Of a stretch of DNA of 64,000 nucleotides, positions 1 to 8,741 are shown piece after piece (position 1 is the first letter of the stretch; each line of letters begins with the position of its first letter). The stretch is from Planctomycetota bacterium (GTDB taxonomy: Bacteria; Planctomycetota; Phycisphaerae; Tepidisphaerales; Tepidisphaeraceae). The stretch is from NCBI GenBank assembly GCA_026693085.1, contig JAPLNB010000316.1:21474-85473 (forward strand), read 5' to 3'. Under the pieces are notes generated by a model. It saw only the letters and a program-made list of their open reading frames with translations, was not told the origin of the DNA and made no database searches. The translations under genes were made by a program, and so were the position numbers.

Positions 1-1480
1 GGAGGGGATGTTCTCCACGACGGAGACAGAGCTGAGGGCCTTGGTGGAAGGTAGAATCAAGATATCGTCGGAAGCGGCGGATGCGGAAGGGCAGTATCAG
101 CGTGCGAAGCAGCAGTTTGAGTCGGGGCAGACGCCGCCGGAGGTGCAGAAGGCGATCGACAGCACTCCGCTGGTGTTAGCACTGGGCCGGGAGCTTGCGG
201 GGTATCAGATCGCGCGCGATATGAAGCGCGATTTGTATGGGAAGGAACACAAGGATGTGTTGAGCGCGACGAACCTTGCGGACCTGACGGAGAAGATGCT
301 CTCGGAGCGGAGGAATGAGCTGCGGGTGAACTTCTCGACGTTGTTGCTGTCGCAGTTGGAGGGAGTAGCGAAGGGGAAGAAAGATGAACTGGCCTCGCTA
401 GAGAAGAGCATCGCCGTTTTGAAGAATGTCCATGTGGAGTTCAGCCGCGAGCTGGCGAAGATGAACCTGGACAAGGAGAAGCAGAAAGACCTGAACGAAC
501 GTCGGCAGCAGACCGCGAATGTGTTGAGCACGATCAGCGCGACGCTGACCCCTGATAACCAGGTGCGTATTGAATGGGGGGGGCCGGCGGAGATACCGGA
601 GATTATGAGCTGGCCGAAGGTGTGGTTCATGGTGCCGGCGGGGGTGATGTTGGGGCTGATGCTGGGGTTGGGGATTGCGTTCCTGAGGGAGATGATGGAT
701 GACACGGTCCGCAGCCCGCGGGACGTGAGCCGGGTGGGACAGATGAACCTGCTGGGGATCATTGCGGACGAGGACGACGATCCGGCGGTGGCGAACGCAA
801 AGCTGCCGATTTTCGATGCGCCGCACTCGATGACGGCGGAGCAGTTCCGGCAGGTGAGGACGCGGCTGCAGCATTCGGTGGCGTTGGAGACGACGCGGAG
901 CATCATGGTGACCGGTCCGAGCCCGCTGGGCGGGAAGACGACGGTGGCGGCGAACCTGGCGGCCGGTTTGGCGCTCAACGGGCGGAAAATTCTGCTCGTG
1001 GACGCGAACTTCCGCCGGCCGGAGCTGCATCGGCTGTTCGGGTTCGGCAACGAGAAAGGGTTCAGCGATGTCCTGAACACGACGTCCGGTTTAGGCGACT
1101 GCTTGCACGCGACGCGGATACCGAATTTGTCGGTTCTGACGAGCGGGGCGAAGCCGCCGAACGCGACGGAGCTGTTCGAGAGCCAATTGCTGGCGGATTT
1201 CATCGAGCGGGCGCTGGAGGAGTTTGACCATGTGATTTTCGACACCGGGCCGTTCCTGGTGGTGTCGGAGTCGGTGGCCATGGCGCCGCGAGTGGATGGC
1301 GTGGTGACGGTGGTGCGAGCGCACGAGGAAAGCCGCGGCACGCTGCAGCGGATGCGAGACGGGCTGCGGCAGGTGAAGGCGGAGCACATCGGCGTGGTGC
1401 TGAACGCGGTGCGAGCGCAGGGCGGCGGATACTACGGGAGGAATATCAAGACCTACTACACCTATAGCAATGGCGAATGA
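1..1480 (+). CDS. Polysaccharide co-polymerase / BY-type tyrosine autokinase (Wzc/GumC/EpsG-like), probably 5'-truncated by the window edge
   Basis: The frame of ORF 8..1480 stays open to nt 2, so the ATG at 8 may be internal. Coiled-coil ectodomain, then one TM (WPKVWFMVPAGVMLGLMLGLGIAFL). P-loop 'VTGPSPLGGKTTVAANLAAGLA', 'ILLVDANFRRPELHRLFG', 'HVIFDTGP' and Tyr-rich tail 'GGGYYGRNIKTYYTYSNGE' are BY-kinase hallmarks. Confidence 0.8.
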   Translation, partial: EGMFSTTETELRALVEGRIKISSEAADAEGQYQRAKQQFESGQTPPEVQKAIDSTPLVLALGRELAGYQIARDMKRDLYGKEHKDVLSATNLADLTEKMLSERRNELRVNFSTLLLSQLEGVAKGKKDELASLEKSIAVLKNVHVEFSRELAKMNLDKEKQKDLNERRQQTANVLSTISATLTPDNQVRIEWGGPAEIPEIMSWPKVWFMVPAGVMLGLMLGLGIAFLREMMDDTVRSPRDVSRVGQMNLLGIIADEDDDPAVANAKLPIFDAPHSMTAEQFRQVRTRLQHSVALETTRSIMVTGPSPLGGKTTVAANLAAGLALNGRKILLVDANFRRPELHRLFGFGNEKGFSDVLNTTSGLGDCLHATRIPNLSVLTSGAKPPNATELFESQLLADFIERALEEFDHVIFDTGPFLVVSESVAMAPRVDGVVTVVRAHEESRGTLQRMRDGLRQVKAEHIGVVLNAVRAQGGGYYGRNIKTYYTYSNGE

Positions 1481-1960
1481 AGTAGTCGTCAGGTGTTGGT
1501 GCGGGCGGTGGATAGGCGACAACGGATAGCAGGCCCTATTTGGAAGGGGCGCCGAGACCAGAGGATCGGCGTTCCCTCTTCTTTTTCTATGGCGGGAAGA
1601 AGAGGTGTGCGAGCCGGACGATCGCGCAGATCCTGTGCGTCGATTAACGCAGCATCAGCTTGAGGGCCAAGATGGTGGCGGCGTAGAGGGCGGTGAGGAC
1701 GGCCAAGCCAATCCAGAAATGGGACCGGGCAAGAGGTTGATGGGGCAGAGACAAGACGGACTCCTTCTGCTGCGGAGAACTGAGACCCAAGGGCCGGAAC
1801 GATTATAATGCAAATGATGCGCCAAGAAAAGGGAATAAGTGAGTGTTGTAAGGATTTGTGAGATAGATGGTTAAGGCAATGGGGTTTGCGTATGCAGGCC
1901 GGGGTGGGCATGGGATGCGTGGGGTGTGTACATTGGATGGGGGTTTGGGCGGATGAGTGG

Positions 1961-2470
1961 TCAGGCGGGGATGAGGGTGGGTTGGGGGGGGCGGGCGATG
2001 GTTTTCTTCATGATTTTGTCCTGGAGGCGCATGATGCCTTCGATGAGGGCTTCGGGGCGAGGGGGGCAGCCGGGGATGTAGACATCGACGGGGACAAGGA
2101 GGTCGACGCCTTTGACGACGTTGTAGCCGTACTTGAAGTAGGGTCCGCCGCCGACGGTGCAGGCACCCATGGCGATGACGTACTTGGGGTCGGCCATTTG
2201 ATGATACAGGCGTTTGAGTCGGGAGGCCATTTTGTAGTTGACGGTGCCGGCGACGATCATCAGGTCGGCTTGTCGGGGTGTGGCGCGGAAGGCGCCAGCG
2301 CCGAAGCGGTCGAGGTCGTAGCGGGGCCCGCCGACGGCCATCATCTCGATGGCGCAGCAAGCGAGGCCAAAGGTCATGGGCCAGAGGGAGTTCTTGCGAG
2401 CCCAGTTAATGGCGAAATCGACGCTGGTGATAAGGAGGTTGGCTTCGAAACGGTTCTCAATCCCGGACAT
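1961..2470 (-). CDS. nuoB: NADH-quinone oxidoreductase subunit B (Nqo6/NuoB)
   Basis: 169 aa. '[15 protein letters not shown]', '[12 protein letters not shown]' and '[12 protein letters not shown]' carry the Cys ligands of cluster N2. No nuoA or nuoC is adjacent. Confidence 0.9.
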   Translation of the reverse strand: MSGIENRFEANLLITSVDFAINWARKNSLWPMTFGLACCAIEMMAVGGPRYDLDRFGAGAFRATPRQADLMIVAGTVNYKMASRLKRLYHQMADPKYVIAMGACTVGGGPYFKYGYNVVKGVDLLVPVDVYIPGCPPRPEALIEGIMRLQDKIMKKTIARPPQPTLIPA

Positions 2471-2643
2471 CCTGGGTACGGGCTTTCGGGGCTGGGTATT
2501 ATTGCATGGGGGTGGGGGGGGTTCAAGGGCTCAAGAGCATCCATCCCAGCGGCTGCGGGAGTTCCGCAGCTGAATAACGCCTGTGGTCGCCCGCTGCCTT
2601 GAGGGCAGCCAGACAACAGTTACGGAAGGTAGGTATTCCTAAC

Positions 2644-3144
2644 ATGACCCAGGACTTTGATGAACGTGATTTTGACGCGGCAGATGACAAGGCCGAGGGC
2701 GGCCACGCCGACGAGCCGATGGGAGGTGGGGAACGGCCAGAAGGGGAGGGGATGCACGACGATGATCGCGAGCGGCGCGAGCGGCGGCCGCGGATCGACA
2801 GCTTCGAGAAAATGAAGGTTTGGCAGGAAGCGCATTCGCTGACGATGCGGGTGTTCAAGCTCACGCCGAGTTTGCCGGGTGAGCAGCAGGCTGGCCTTGC
2901 GCAGCAGATGGAAGAAGCGGCGGTGGCGGTGCCGAAGAACATCGCGGAGGGGTTCAAGCGGCGTGGGCCGCGGAACAAGGCGCACTTCTATAACTTGGCG
3001 CAGACGGCGCTGGAATCGCTGAGGTATTACTTCATCCTTTGCCGGGATCTGAAGTTCGATATCCACTACGACGATCTGGCGATGCACACCGAGCAGGTCA
3101 GCCGCATGCTGGATGGGCTGATTCGGTCGATGATGCGGGCGTAA
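2644..3144 (+). CDS. Four-helix-bundle protein (23S rRNA intervening-sequence protein family)
   Basis: The C-terminal ~111 aa 'MKVWQEAHSLTMRVFKLT...PKNIAEGFKRRGPRNKAHFYNLAQTALESLRYYFILCRDL' match the family. The ORF opens at TTG 2599 and ATG 2644 follows GGAAGGTAGG. The family-typical start would be ATG 2812, so the acidic leader is of doubtful reality. Confidence 0.7.
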   Translation: MTQDFDERDFDAADDKAEGGHADEPMGGGERPEGEGMHDDDRERRERRPRIDSFEKMKVWQEAHSLTMRVFKLTPSLPGEQQAGLAQQMEEAAVAVPKNIAEGFKRRGPRNKAHFYNLAQTALESLRYYFILCRDLKFDIHYDDLAMHTEQVSRMLDGLIRSMMRA

Positions 3145-3464
3145 ATGCGTGGATGAAAGTGGGTTGGGGAAGCGGGCTCTTTGACAGGGGAGACAGTGAC
3201 AGTGGGGGTGCGCGCAGTGATGGCGAAGCGTGGGGGCAACGGGGGGGTAGTAACTGGGGTAGAGAAATGGGAACAATCTGGGTTTTTGTGTGTCAAATGA
3301 CATTGGCAACGACTATCTGGGAAGTAGCGACCCCTGACAGTCGTCGCGGTATGATGGCGATTTGTTGTTGGAACAACGACCTGGGAAGTCAGGGGTAGCG
3401 GCTATGCGGGGATGGCTGTTTCTTTTTTTGGGGATCGTGCTCGCGGTGACGCGGGAGGTTTGTT

Positions 3465-4205
3465 ATGACGGAAATGGTGACTCGACGTCGGTTGAGCATG
3501 CCGATGTGGCTGGCGACGGTGATTGTTCTGTTGGCAATGGGCGGCGGGGGGTGGTTTGTGTATCGGTACATAACGGCAGAGAAGACGACGCCGGATACGA
3601 TGGTGGTTGGCCAGGGGATGCCGTACGGGCCGCCGCGGTCGGCGGTGGAGGCGCGGCCGAGCTTGGCCTCGCGGTTCGGGTTTGGCGGCCCTGAGGAGGG
3701 GATCACTGCCCGTGGCGCCGGAGCGTGGACGGTTCGCCGAGGGGATGCCGTGATGCGGGCGAGTTTGGAGAAGGGAACCTACAACATTACCTCGTTTGAT
3801 TATGTGTATAGTGCCAAGCAGGCGTGGGCGACCGCGGCGCAGTGGGATCTGCATCGGCTGGCGGTGCGGGTTATTGATGATTCGGGTCTTGCGCAGCGGT
3901 TGGGGGTGACGGCGGATCAGAAGAAGCAGTTGGCGGGGTTGACCTATGCGGCAGTGATCACGGACGCGGATCGGAAGACGCTGGCGGGGTTGCTGGTGAA
4001 GCGGGACAAGACGACGGGTGTGGCGAAGGAGACGGTGGGGAAGGAATTGCTGGCGGCGGTGGCGGCGGTGGGCAGTGCGCATTTGGCGGAGACGAAGGCG
4101 GCCATGGTGAAGCGTGTGGCGGGGATTCCGAAGGTTTTGACGAGCCAGCAGATCGAGCAGGCGAAGGGCGGCGGTGGCGCGACGACGCCCCCGGTCGGGG
4201 GGTGA
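3465..4205 (+). CDS. Hypothetical protein with N-terminal membrane anchor
   Basis: ATG is preceded by GGGAGG. N-terminal TM 'WLATVIVLLAMGGGGWFVY'. Composition is protein-like, whereas the overlapping antisense ORF 3402..4238 is Arg/Pro/His-rich. No recognisable domain. Confidence 0.5.
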   Translation: MTEMVTRRRLSMPMWLATVIVLLAMGGGGWFVYRYITAEKTTPDTMVVGQGMPYGPPRSAVEARPSLASRFGFGGPEEGITARGAGAWTVRRGDAVMRASLEKGTYNITSFDYVYSAKQAWATAAQWDLHRLAVRVIDDSGLAQRLGVTADQKKQLAGLTYAAVITDADRKTLAGLLVKRDKTTGVAKETVGKELLAAVAAVGSAHLAETKAAMVKRVAGIPKVLTSQQIEQAKGGGGATTPPVGG

Positions 4206-4265
4206 GAAGTGTGGGGGCGGCACCGTGGTCGTTGTCAATTAATCAGGAGTGACCCCTTTTCTTTT

Positions 4266-6173
4266 TCAGGCCGCTTCGGACGCGATGGACAGGTCACCCG
4301 AGGCCTGAGGTTGCTGTTGGACGTCAGCGGCTGCGACGAACTCGGCGAGGTGGGCAATCGAAATCGGCCAAACAGTCGGCTGCGGCTCCGATGGTGCGGC
4401 CGGGGCATCGGCCCGCCCCACCAGCCACGAGACCGGCAAGGGGCCCGCATCGCGCATGCCCATCGTCCGACCGATGTCCGCACCGGTCATGCCGGGCGCT
4501 GACGACGTGGGCGACATGACTACCAACGCTCCGTACTCGGCAATGTCGGCTTTTGTCGCGGGCAATCGGTTGACGACAGTGACCTTGGCCAGAGACTCCA
4601 AAGCCGCCTCGATGGGATCATAAGACGAGAACACCGGCGCCCGCACCAGCAGAACGCGCACCTTTCCGCACGGATACAGCGCGGTCATGAGCTTGCTCTC
4701 CTCGCGACCCGGCAAGCGGGCCAGAAGCCCGGAGAGGCTGAAGACCTCCGAACGGATGCTGGCGCTGTCGGGGCGCGCGGGTTGGTCTTGGCCAACCGCG
4801 GCGCGCAACTGGGTGCGGGTGATGGGCTTGACGGCTGCATGGCCGCTGGATGCCAGCAGCATGCCATTGGCGGCCAACTCGGCCAGAGCCAGCACCCGGG
4901 CCAGTCGTTCGCCCGGATCATCGCGGTGATCCGAGATGCTGGCGTGGTATGCCTCAATGGGACGGAGGATGGATTCCGGCAGGCCGATGCACTGCAGTGT
5001 CAGCATCGCCAATTCGCCGTGGGTTGTGCCCAGCATGGTGCGTTCGAGTTGCTCGCGTGGCTTGCCCAAGCGGGATTCCAGTTCGAGCACCTGCTGGTAC
5101 TCGGACCCGAAATGGGTGTGGAACAGGATCTCCCCCAGATCATGGCACAGCCCAACCAGATGGGCGGTGCCGGCGTTGGTCTGATCGGAGATTGCAGCCA
5201 GCCGTTCGCACAGAATCGCCGCGGCGAAGGCATGCTGCCAGCAGCGAATCGGGTTAAACCCGTCAGCGCTCGATTCGGGCATCGCGTCGAAGATACCGAA
5301 GGTGGTGGCGATGTCGCGGATCTTGGCGCATCCGATATTCCGGACGGCGTCGGCCATGTTGGTCACCATCCCACGGCCGGTGGCATAGGCAACGCTGTTG
5401 GCCGCCTGAAGCACTCGCGCCGACAGCATCGGGTCTCTGGAGATGATGCAGGCGATCTGCGTCATATCGCTGCGTGGCGAGGCCGCCTCGGTGATGACCT
5501 CACGGACGATGCCTGAGAGCGTCTTGGCCTGAAGCGCGGTCTTGGCGCGGTGCTCGCACTGATCACGGGTCAGCAGTTGCGGGATCTGAACCTGGGCCGC
5601 GATCACCTGCGGCGATTCGGAGCGGCGGTGTTTCTCGCTTGCTCCGGCCGCGTCGGGGGGCGCGTGCCGTGGTGGCGCGGATGGCGCGGTCTTCGGCGGC
5701 TGCGTTGCGGCGTACGCGGCGGCGGCAAGCACCCGCAACGCCGCGGATGGCGCGGCGGCTGCGGACGATGGCGGCGGTGCGGCTGGCTTCTGGTCCGGCT
5801 CCGCTGCCTGCCCGACGTATTTCTCGACCCGCGCAAGCAGCTCTTTGAGCGAGAATCGCGACTTCAGGAGGTACCCTTGAACTCCGATTCTGACGGCCTC
5901 GGCCACGATGGCCTTGTCCGACACCGCCGATAGCAAGATGACGGGCAAGTCGCGCGTGCCGGGGTCTTGCCGGAGCTGCCGCAGGAAGCTCAGACCGTCC
6001 ATTTGGGGCATGGCTATATCGAGCAGGATCAGGTCGGGACGCAGGGGCAGCTTCTCCATTGCCTCGATGCCGTTCCCGGCCGTAATCACCTCGTAACCGG
6101 CCAGTTGGAGACTCGCCGCGAGCGGTTCCCGGAAGATCGGCATGTCATCAACGACTAGGATTATCGACATCAC
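4266..6173 (-). CDS. Response regulator: REC domain + Ala/Pro-rich linker + HDOD domain + unassigned C-terminal ~190 aa
   Basis: REC: 'IILVVDDMPIF...DLILLDIAMPQMDGLSFL...PVILLSA...GYLLKS'. HDOD-like: 'MTQIACIISRDPMLSARVLQAANSVAYA...MADAVRNIGCAKIRDIA...HLVGLCHDLGEILF'. The start overlaps the 3' end of the kinase gene by ~26 nt. Confidence 0.85.
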   Translation of the reverse strand: MMSIILVVDDMPIFREPLAASLQLAGYEVITAGNGIEAMEKLPLRPDLILLDIAMPQMDGLSFLRQLRQDPGTRDLPVILLSAVSDKAIVAEAVRIGVQGYLLKSRFSLKELLARVEKYVGQAAEPDQKPAAPPPSSAAAAPSAALRVLAAAAYAATQPPKTAPSAPPRHAPPDAAGASEKHRRSESPQVIAAQVQIPQLLTRDQCEHRAKTALQAKTLSGIVREVITEAASPRSDMTQIACIISRDPMLSARVLQAANSVAYATGRGMVTNMADAVRNIGCAKIRDIATTFGIFDAMPESSADGFNPIRCWQHAFAAAILCERLAAISDQTNAGTAHLVGLCHDLGEILFHTHFGSEYQQVLELESRLGKPREQLERTMLGTTHGELAMLTLQCIGLPESILRPIEAYHASISDHRDDPGERLARVLALAELAANGMLLASSGHAAVKPITRTQLRAAVGQDQPARPDSASIRSEVFSLSGLLARLPGREESKLMTALYPCGKVRVLLVRAPVFSSYDPIEAALESLAKVTVVNRLPATKADIAEYGALVVMSPTSSAPGMTGADIGRTMGMRDAGPLPVSWLVGRADAPAAPSEPQPTVWPISIAHLAEFVAAADVQQQPQASGDLSIASEAA

Positions 6174-8199
6174 ACACCTCTGCTATTCCGACCATTTCAT
6201 GGCTTGTGTCGAGTTTGGGAGCCGCCCCGTTGATGGGCGCTGCCAGGTCTGTTCGGAGGACGACTGAGACGACTGTGCCCTGCGCCTTTGCGGAATTGAT
6301 GCTCATCCGGCCGCCGTGCGCTCCAACGATTCCCTTGCAGATCGCCAGGCCCAGCCCCGTTCCGCTGACGTGATCGGTCCCGACCGCCCCCGAGTTGAGC
6401 GCAAACGCCTCGCCGAGCTTGCTCATCACGGGCGGCCTAATCCCCTCGCCGGTGTCTTGCACCCGGATTTCAGCGTGGTCGTGCTGATCGAGCCGCTGAG
6501 CCCGGATCGTGACGCGGATCTCCCCGTGCGCTGTGTGCTTTCGCGAGTTGTCCAAGAGGTTCAGCACGAGCCGGCGGACGGCATTGGAATCTCCGAGCAT
6601 CAGGATGCTGGCCGGATCGGCGTCGAATATGAGCGCCACCGCATCGTTGTGGATCAACGGCCGGATGCCGGCGATGGCCTCCTCGCAGACGGAGCGCAGA
6701 TCGAACTGTGACCAGGTCCATTGCGCGCGTCCGCTGTTGAGTCGCGCCGCCTCCAGCAGGCAGTCAACCGTGTCGGTCATGCGAACGATCTCGGCGTTCA
6801 TGTTCTCCAGGAATGTTTGACGCTGATCCGAGCCATGCGCGCCGTTTATCAGCAGGAATTCTGAAGTGACTCGCAGCCCCGCAAGCGGCGTGCGCAGCTC
6901 GTGTCCGACGACGCCCAGGACCCTTTCCATCGCGCGGACAGCCTCGTGGTGCGCCAGACGCTCCTGTTCTCGCCGGTAATCGCGGACTTGCTTCTGTTGG
7001 ATCAGCCGCCACATGCCATCCATCAGCAACTGTAGTTGCCGCACATCCGAATCGTCGTATTCGGCGACTTTGTTGCCGACAGCGGCCACAGCCACAATCC
7101 GCCCCGCGTCAAGTACCGGGATACTCATGTACCGCTTGATCTGCAGGTGTCCTGAAGGGTACCCCCGCTTAGCCGCATTCGGCGACTCGTAGTCGTTGGT
7201 GATGATTGGACGGCGATGGCGAACGGCTTCCCCCAAGAGGCCGAGCTTCTCGATCGGAAAGACGATCGGCTTGTCGTCCATGACGCACTGTGCCATCACG
7301 GACTTGGACCAGGCGTTTATCGTCAGGACTCGTTCATCTTTGCTCATGAACCCCAGGTAGCCGATCGTGCTGCCTGTGAGCCGCACCGCTTCCTCGAGGG
7401 CATGGTCGATGATCTCATGGAGCGAAGCATCGGACTTCTCCGCCAGCTTGAGCAGGGCCTCCAGGCGGCTCTCACTCAGTCGCAAGGTTCGGTTGATGTT
7501 GTCGGACAAGGCTTTCTCGCGCTGCAAGGCCAGCGACCAGTGGCGGATTGCCGCTAGAAGCATGAGCCACACGACGATTGTGAAGGCAATGAGGGCCCCC
7601 GCAATCACGACGCCCAGATAGGCTTCATGCCGCTTCTTCACGAGGTTCGCTTCGACAGAACTCGCGAGGCCTTCGGCGAGCGCGGCCATTCCTTGCGCAT
7701 AGACCCCTTTCTGGCCTTCGTATTCCGCGCCGAAAAGAACCTCCCTGGCTTGGTCTTTACGCCCCTGCCGCACCAGGTCGAAGGCCCTTTTTTCCATTGC
7801 CACCAGATTGGCGTTGGCCTGGTCAGTCACCAAGGCCGCTGCATCGCCGTTCCCTCGCGGAGCCAGTCTGGCGGCATCCTTGATCGCAGCGTCCAAGGCC
7901 GGTTCGAAACGCCGGTACCGATCTTCCCACATCCGATCGCCCGTGACAGCCGCCATGCAAGCCGACATCGTCAGCACCTCGTCCAGGTGAGCAATCGTGC
8001 TTTGCAGTTCGTGAGCTTTCAGGTTGACGCGCTCGCTTACCTCAGACTCCCGGTATACCCCGTATTGGTGCAGGCTGAACGCTATGACCGCCACTACATT
8101 CAAGGCCAACCCCACATTCAGCATGACCCTTGGCCAAAGCAGCTTCGGCGGTACCTCCGCAGCCTTGATCTTCTTCGCAAATAAGCGATGCAGCATCAT
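6148..8199 (-). CDS. Sensor histidine kinase (2 TM, extracytoplasmic helical domain, GAF, HisKA, HATPase_c)
   Basis: H-box 'VVGHELRTPLAGL'. ATP-lid 'VQDTGEGI...GTGLGLAICKGIVGAHGG'. GAF-like 'AVRLTGSTIGYLGFMSKDERVLTINAWS...YMSIPVLDAGRIVAVAAVGNK'. The ORF track extends to 8364, but ATG-ATG at 8199 is preceded by AAGGAAG and begins just before TM1. Confidence 0.85.
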   Translation of the reverse strand: MMLHRLFAKKIKAAEVPPKLLWPRVMLNVGLALNVVAVIAFSLHQYGVYRESEVSERVNLKAHELQSTIAHLDEVLTMSACMAAVTGDRMWEDRYRRFEPALDAAIKDAARLAPRGNGDAAALVTDQANANLVAMEKRAFDLVRQGRKDQAREVLFGAEYEGQKGVYAQGMAALAEGLASSVEANLVKKRHEAYLGVVIAGALIAFTIVVWLMLLAAIRHWSLALQREKALSDNINRTLRLSESRLEALLKLAEKSDASLHEIIDHALEEAVRLTGSTIGYLGFMSKDERVLTINAWSKSVMAQCVMDDKPIVFPIEKLGLLGEAVRHRRPIITNDYESPNAAKRGYPSGHLQIKRYMSIPVLDAGRIVAVAAVGNKVAEYDDSDVRQLQLLMDGMWRLIQQKQVRDYRREQERLAHHEAVRAMERVLGVVGHELRTPLAGLRVTSEFLLINGAHGSDQRQTFLENMNAEIVRMTDTVDCLLEAARLNSGRAQWTWSQFDLRSVCEEAIAGIRPLIHNDAVALIFDADPASILMLGDSNAVRRLVLNLLDNSRKHTAHGEIRVTIRAQRLDQHDHAEIRVQDTGEGIRPPVMSKLGEAFALNSGAVGTDHVSGTGLGLAICKGIVGAHGGRMSINSAKAQGTVVSVVLRTDLAAPINGAAPKLDTSHEMVGIAEVCDVDNPSR

Positions 8200-8741
8200 A
8201 GGCTTCCTTATAGGCCCTGGCGGGGCGCCATCACCGTCAACAGTGCGATGGGCAGGTTGTGCGTATGGCCTCGCTCCCCAATCTGCGCAAAGCGAGATCG
8301 CTGGCCGAACTGCGAACGCGAGATCTCCCAGCCTATCACCGTCGCCAGCAGTCCCATCGGCCACGCCATGGAAGGAAATCGGCAGATGCCGGAAGGAACT
8401 TGATGCAAAATGGGGCAGCGTAACATTATACAGCGCATCTAAAGCTCAGACTTCGAGCGTCTGCGAGCTGATGAAACCTTTGGATAACCAGGAGGTCAAG
8501 GATGACACCCCAAGAGATCGCGGGTCTCGGGCCGCCCCTGACGCTGTTCCTGCGTCCGCTGGGCCGGCACCGCCCGCATTCCCGTGAACCTCGCGCTTGC
8601 CAAAAGACCTAACTTATTTTCAACATCTCCCCTCCTCGATTGTAGTACTGATATGATCGATCGCCTGGCCAACCCGGCAGGTGGCCGGCTCGTGATCAAG
8701 CTTCTCGCTGACTTCCTGCCCCGCATCGAGTTCCCGGTGGT

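Noticed and set aside
1575-1605. 9-bp hairpin CCTCTTCTT-N13-AAGAAGAGG after the Wzc-like gene, as a rho-independent terminator.
   Set aside because: No U-tract follows the stem on either strand, and the loop is long (13 nt). It could still be a structural element but cannot be supported as a terminator.
2599-2811. A 56-70-aa highly acidic or charged N-terminal leader on the four-helix-bundle protein ('DFDERDFDAADDKAEGGHADEP...DDDRERRERRPRIDSF').
   Set aside because: Family members are normally ~110-130 aa and begin at the 'MKVWQ' equivalent. The leader may simply be untranslated upstream sequence kept open by GC-rich composition. This cannot be decided without expression data.
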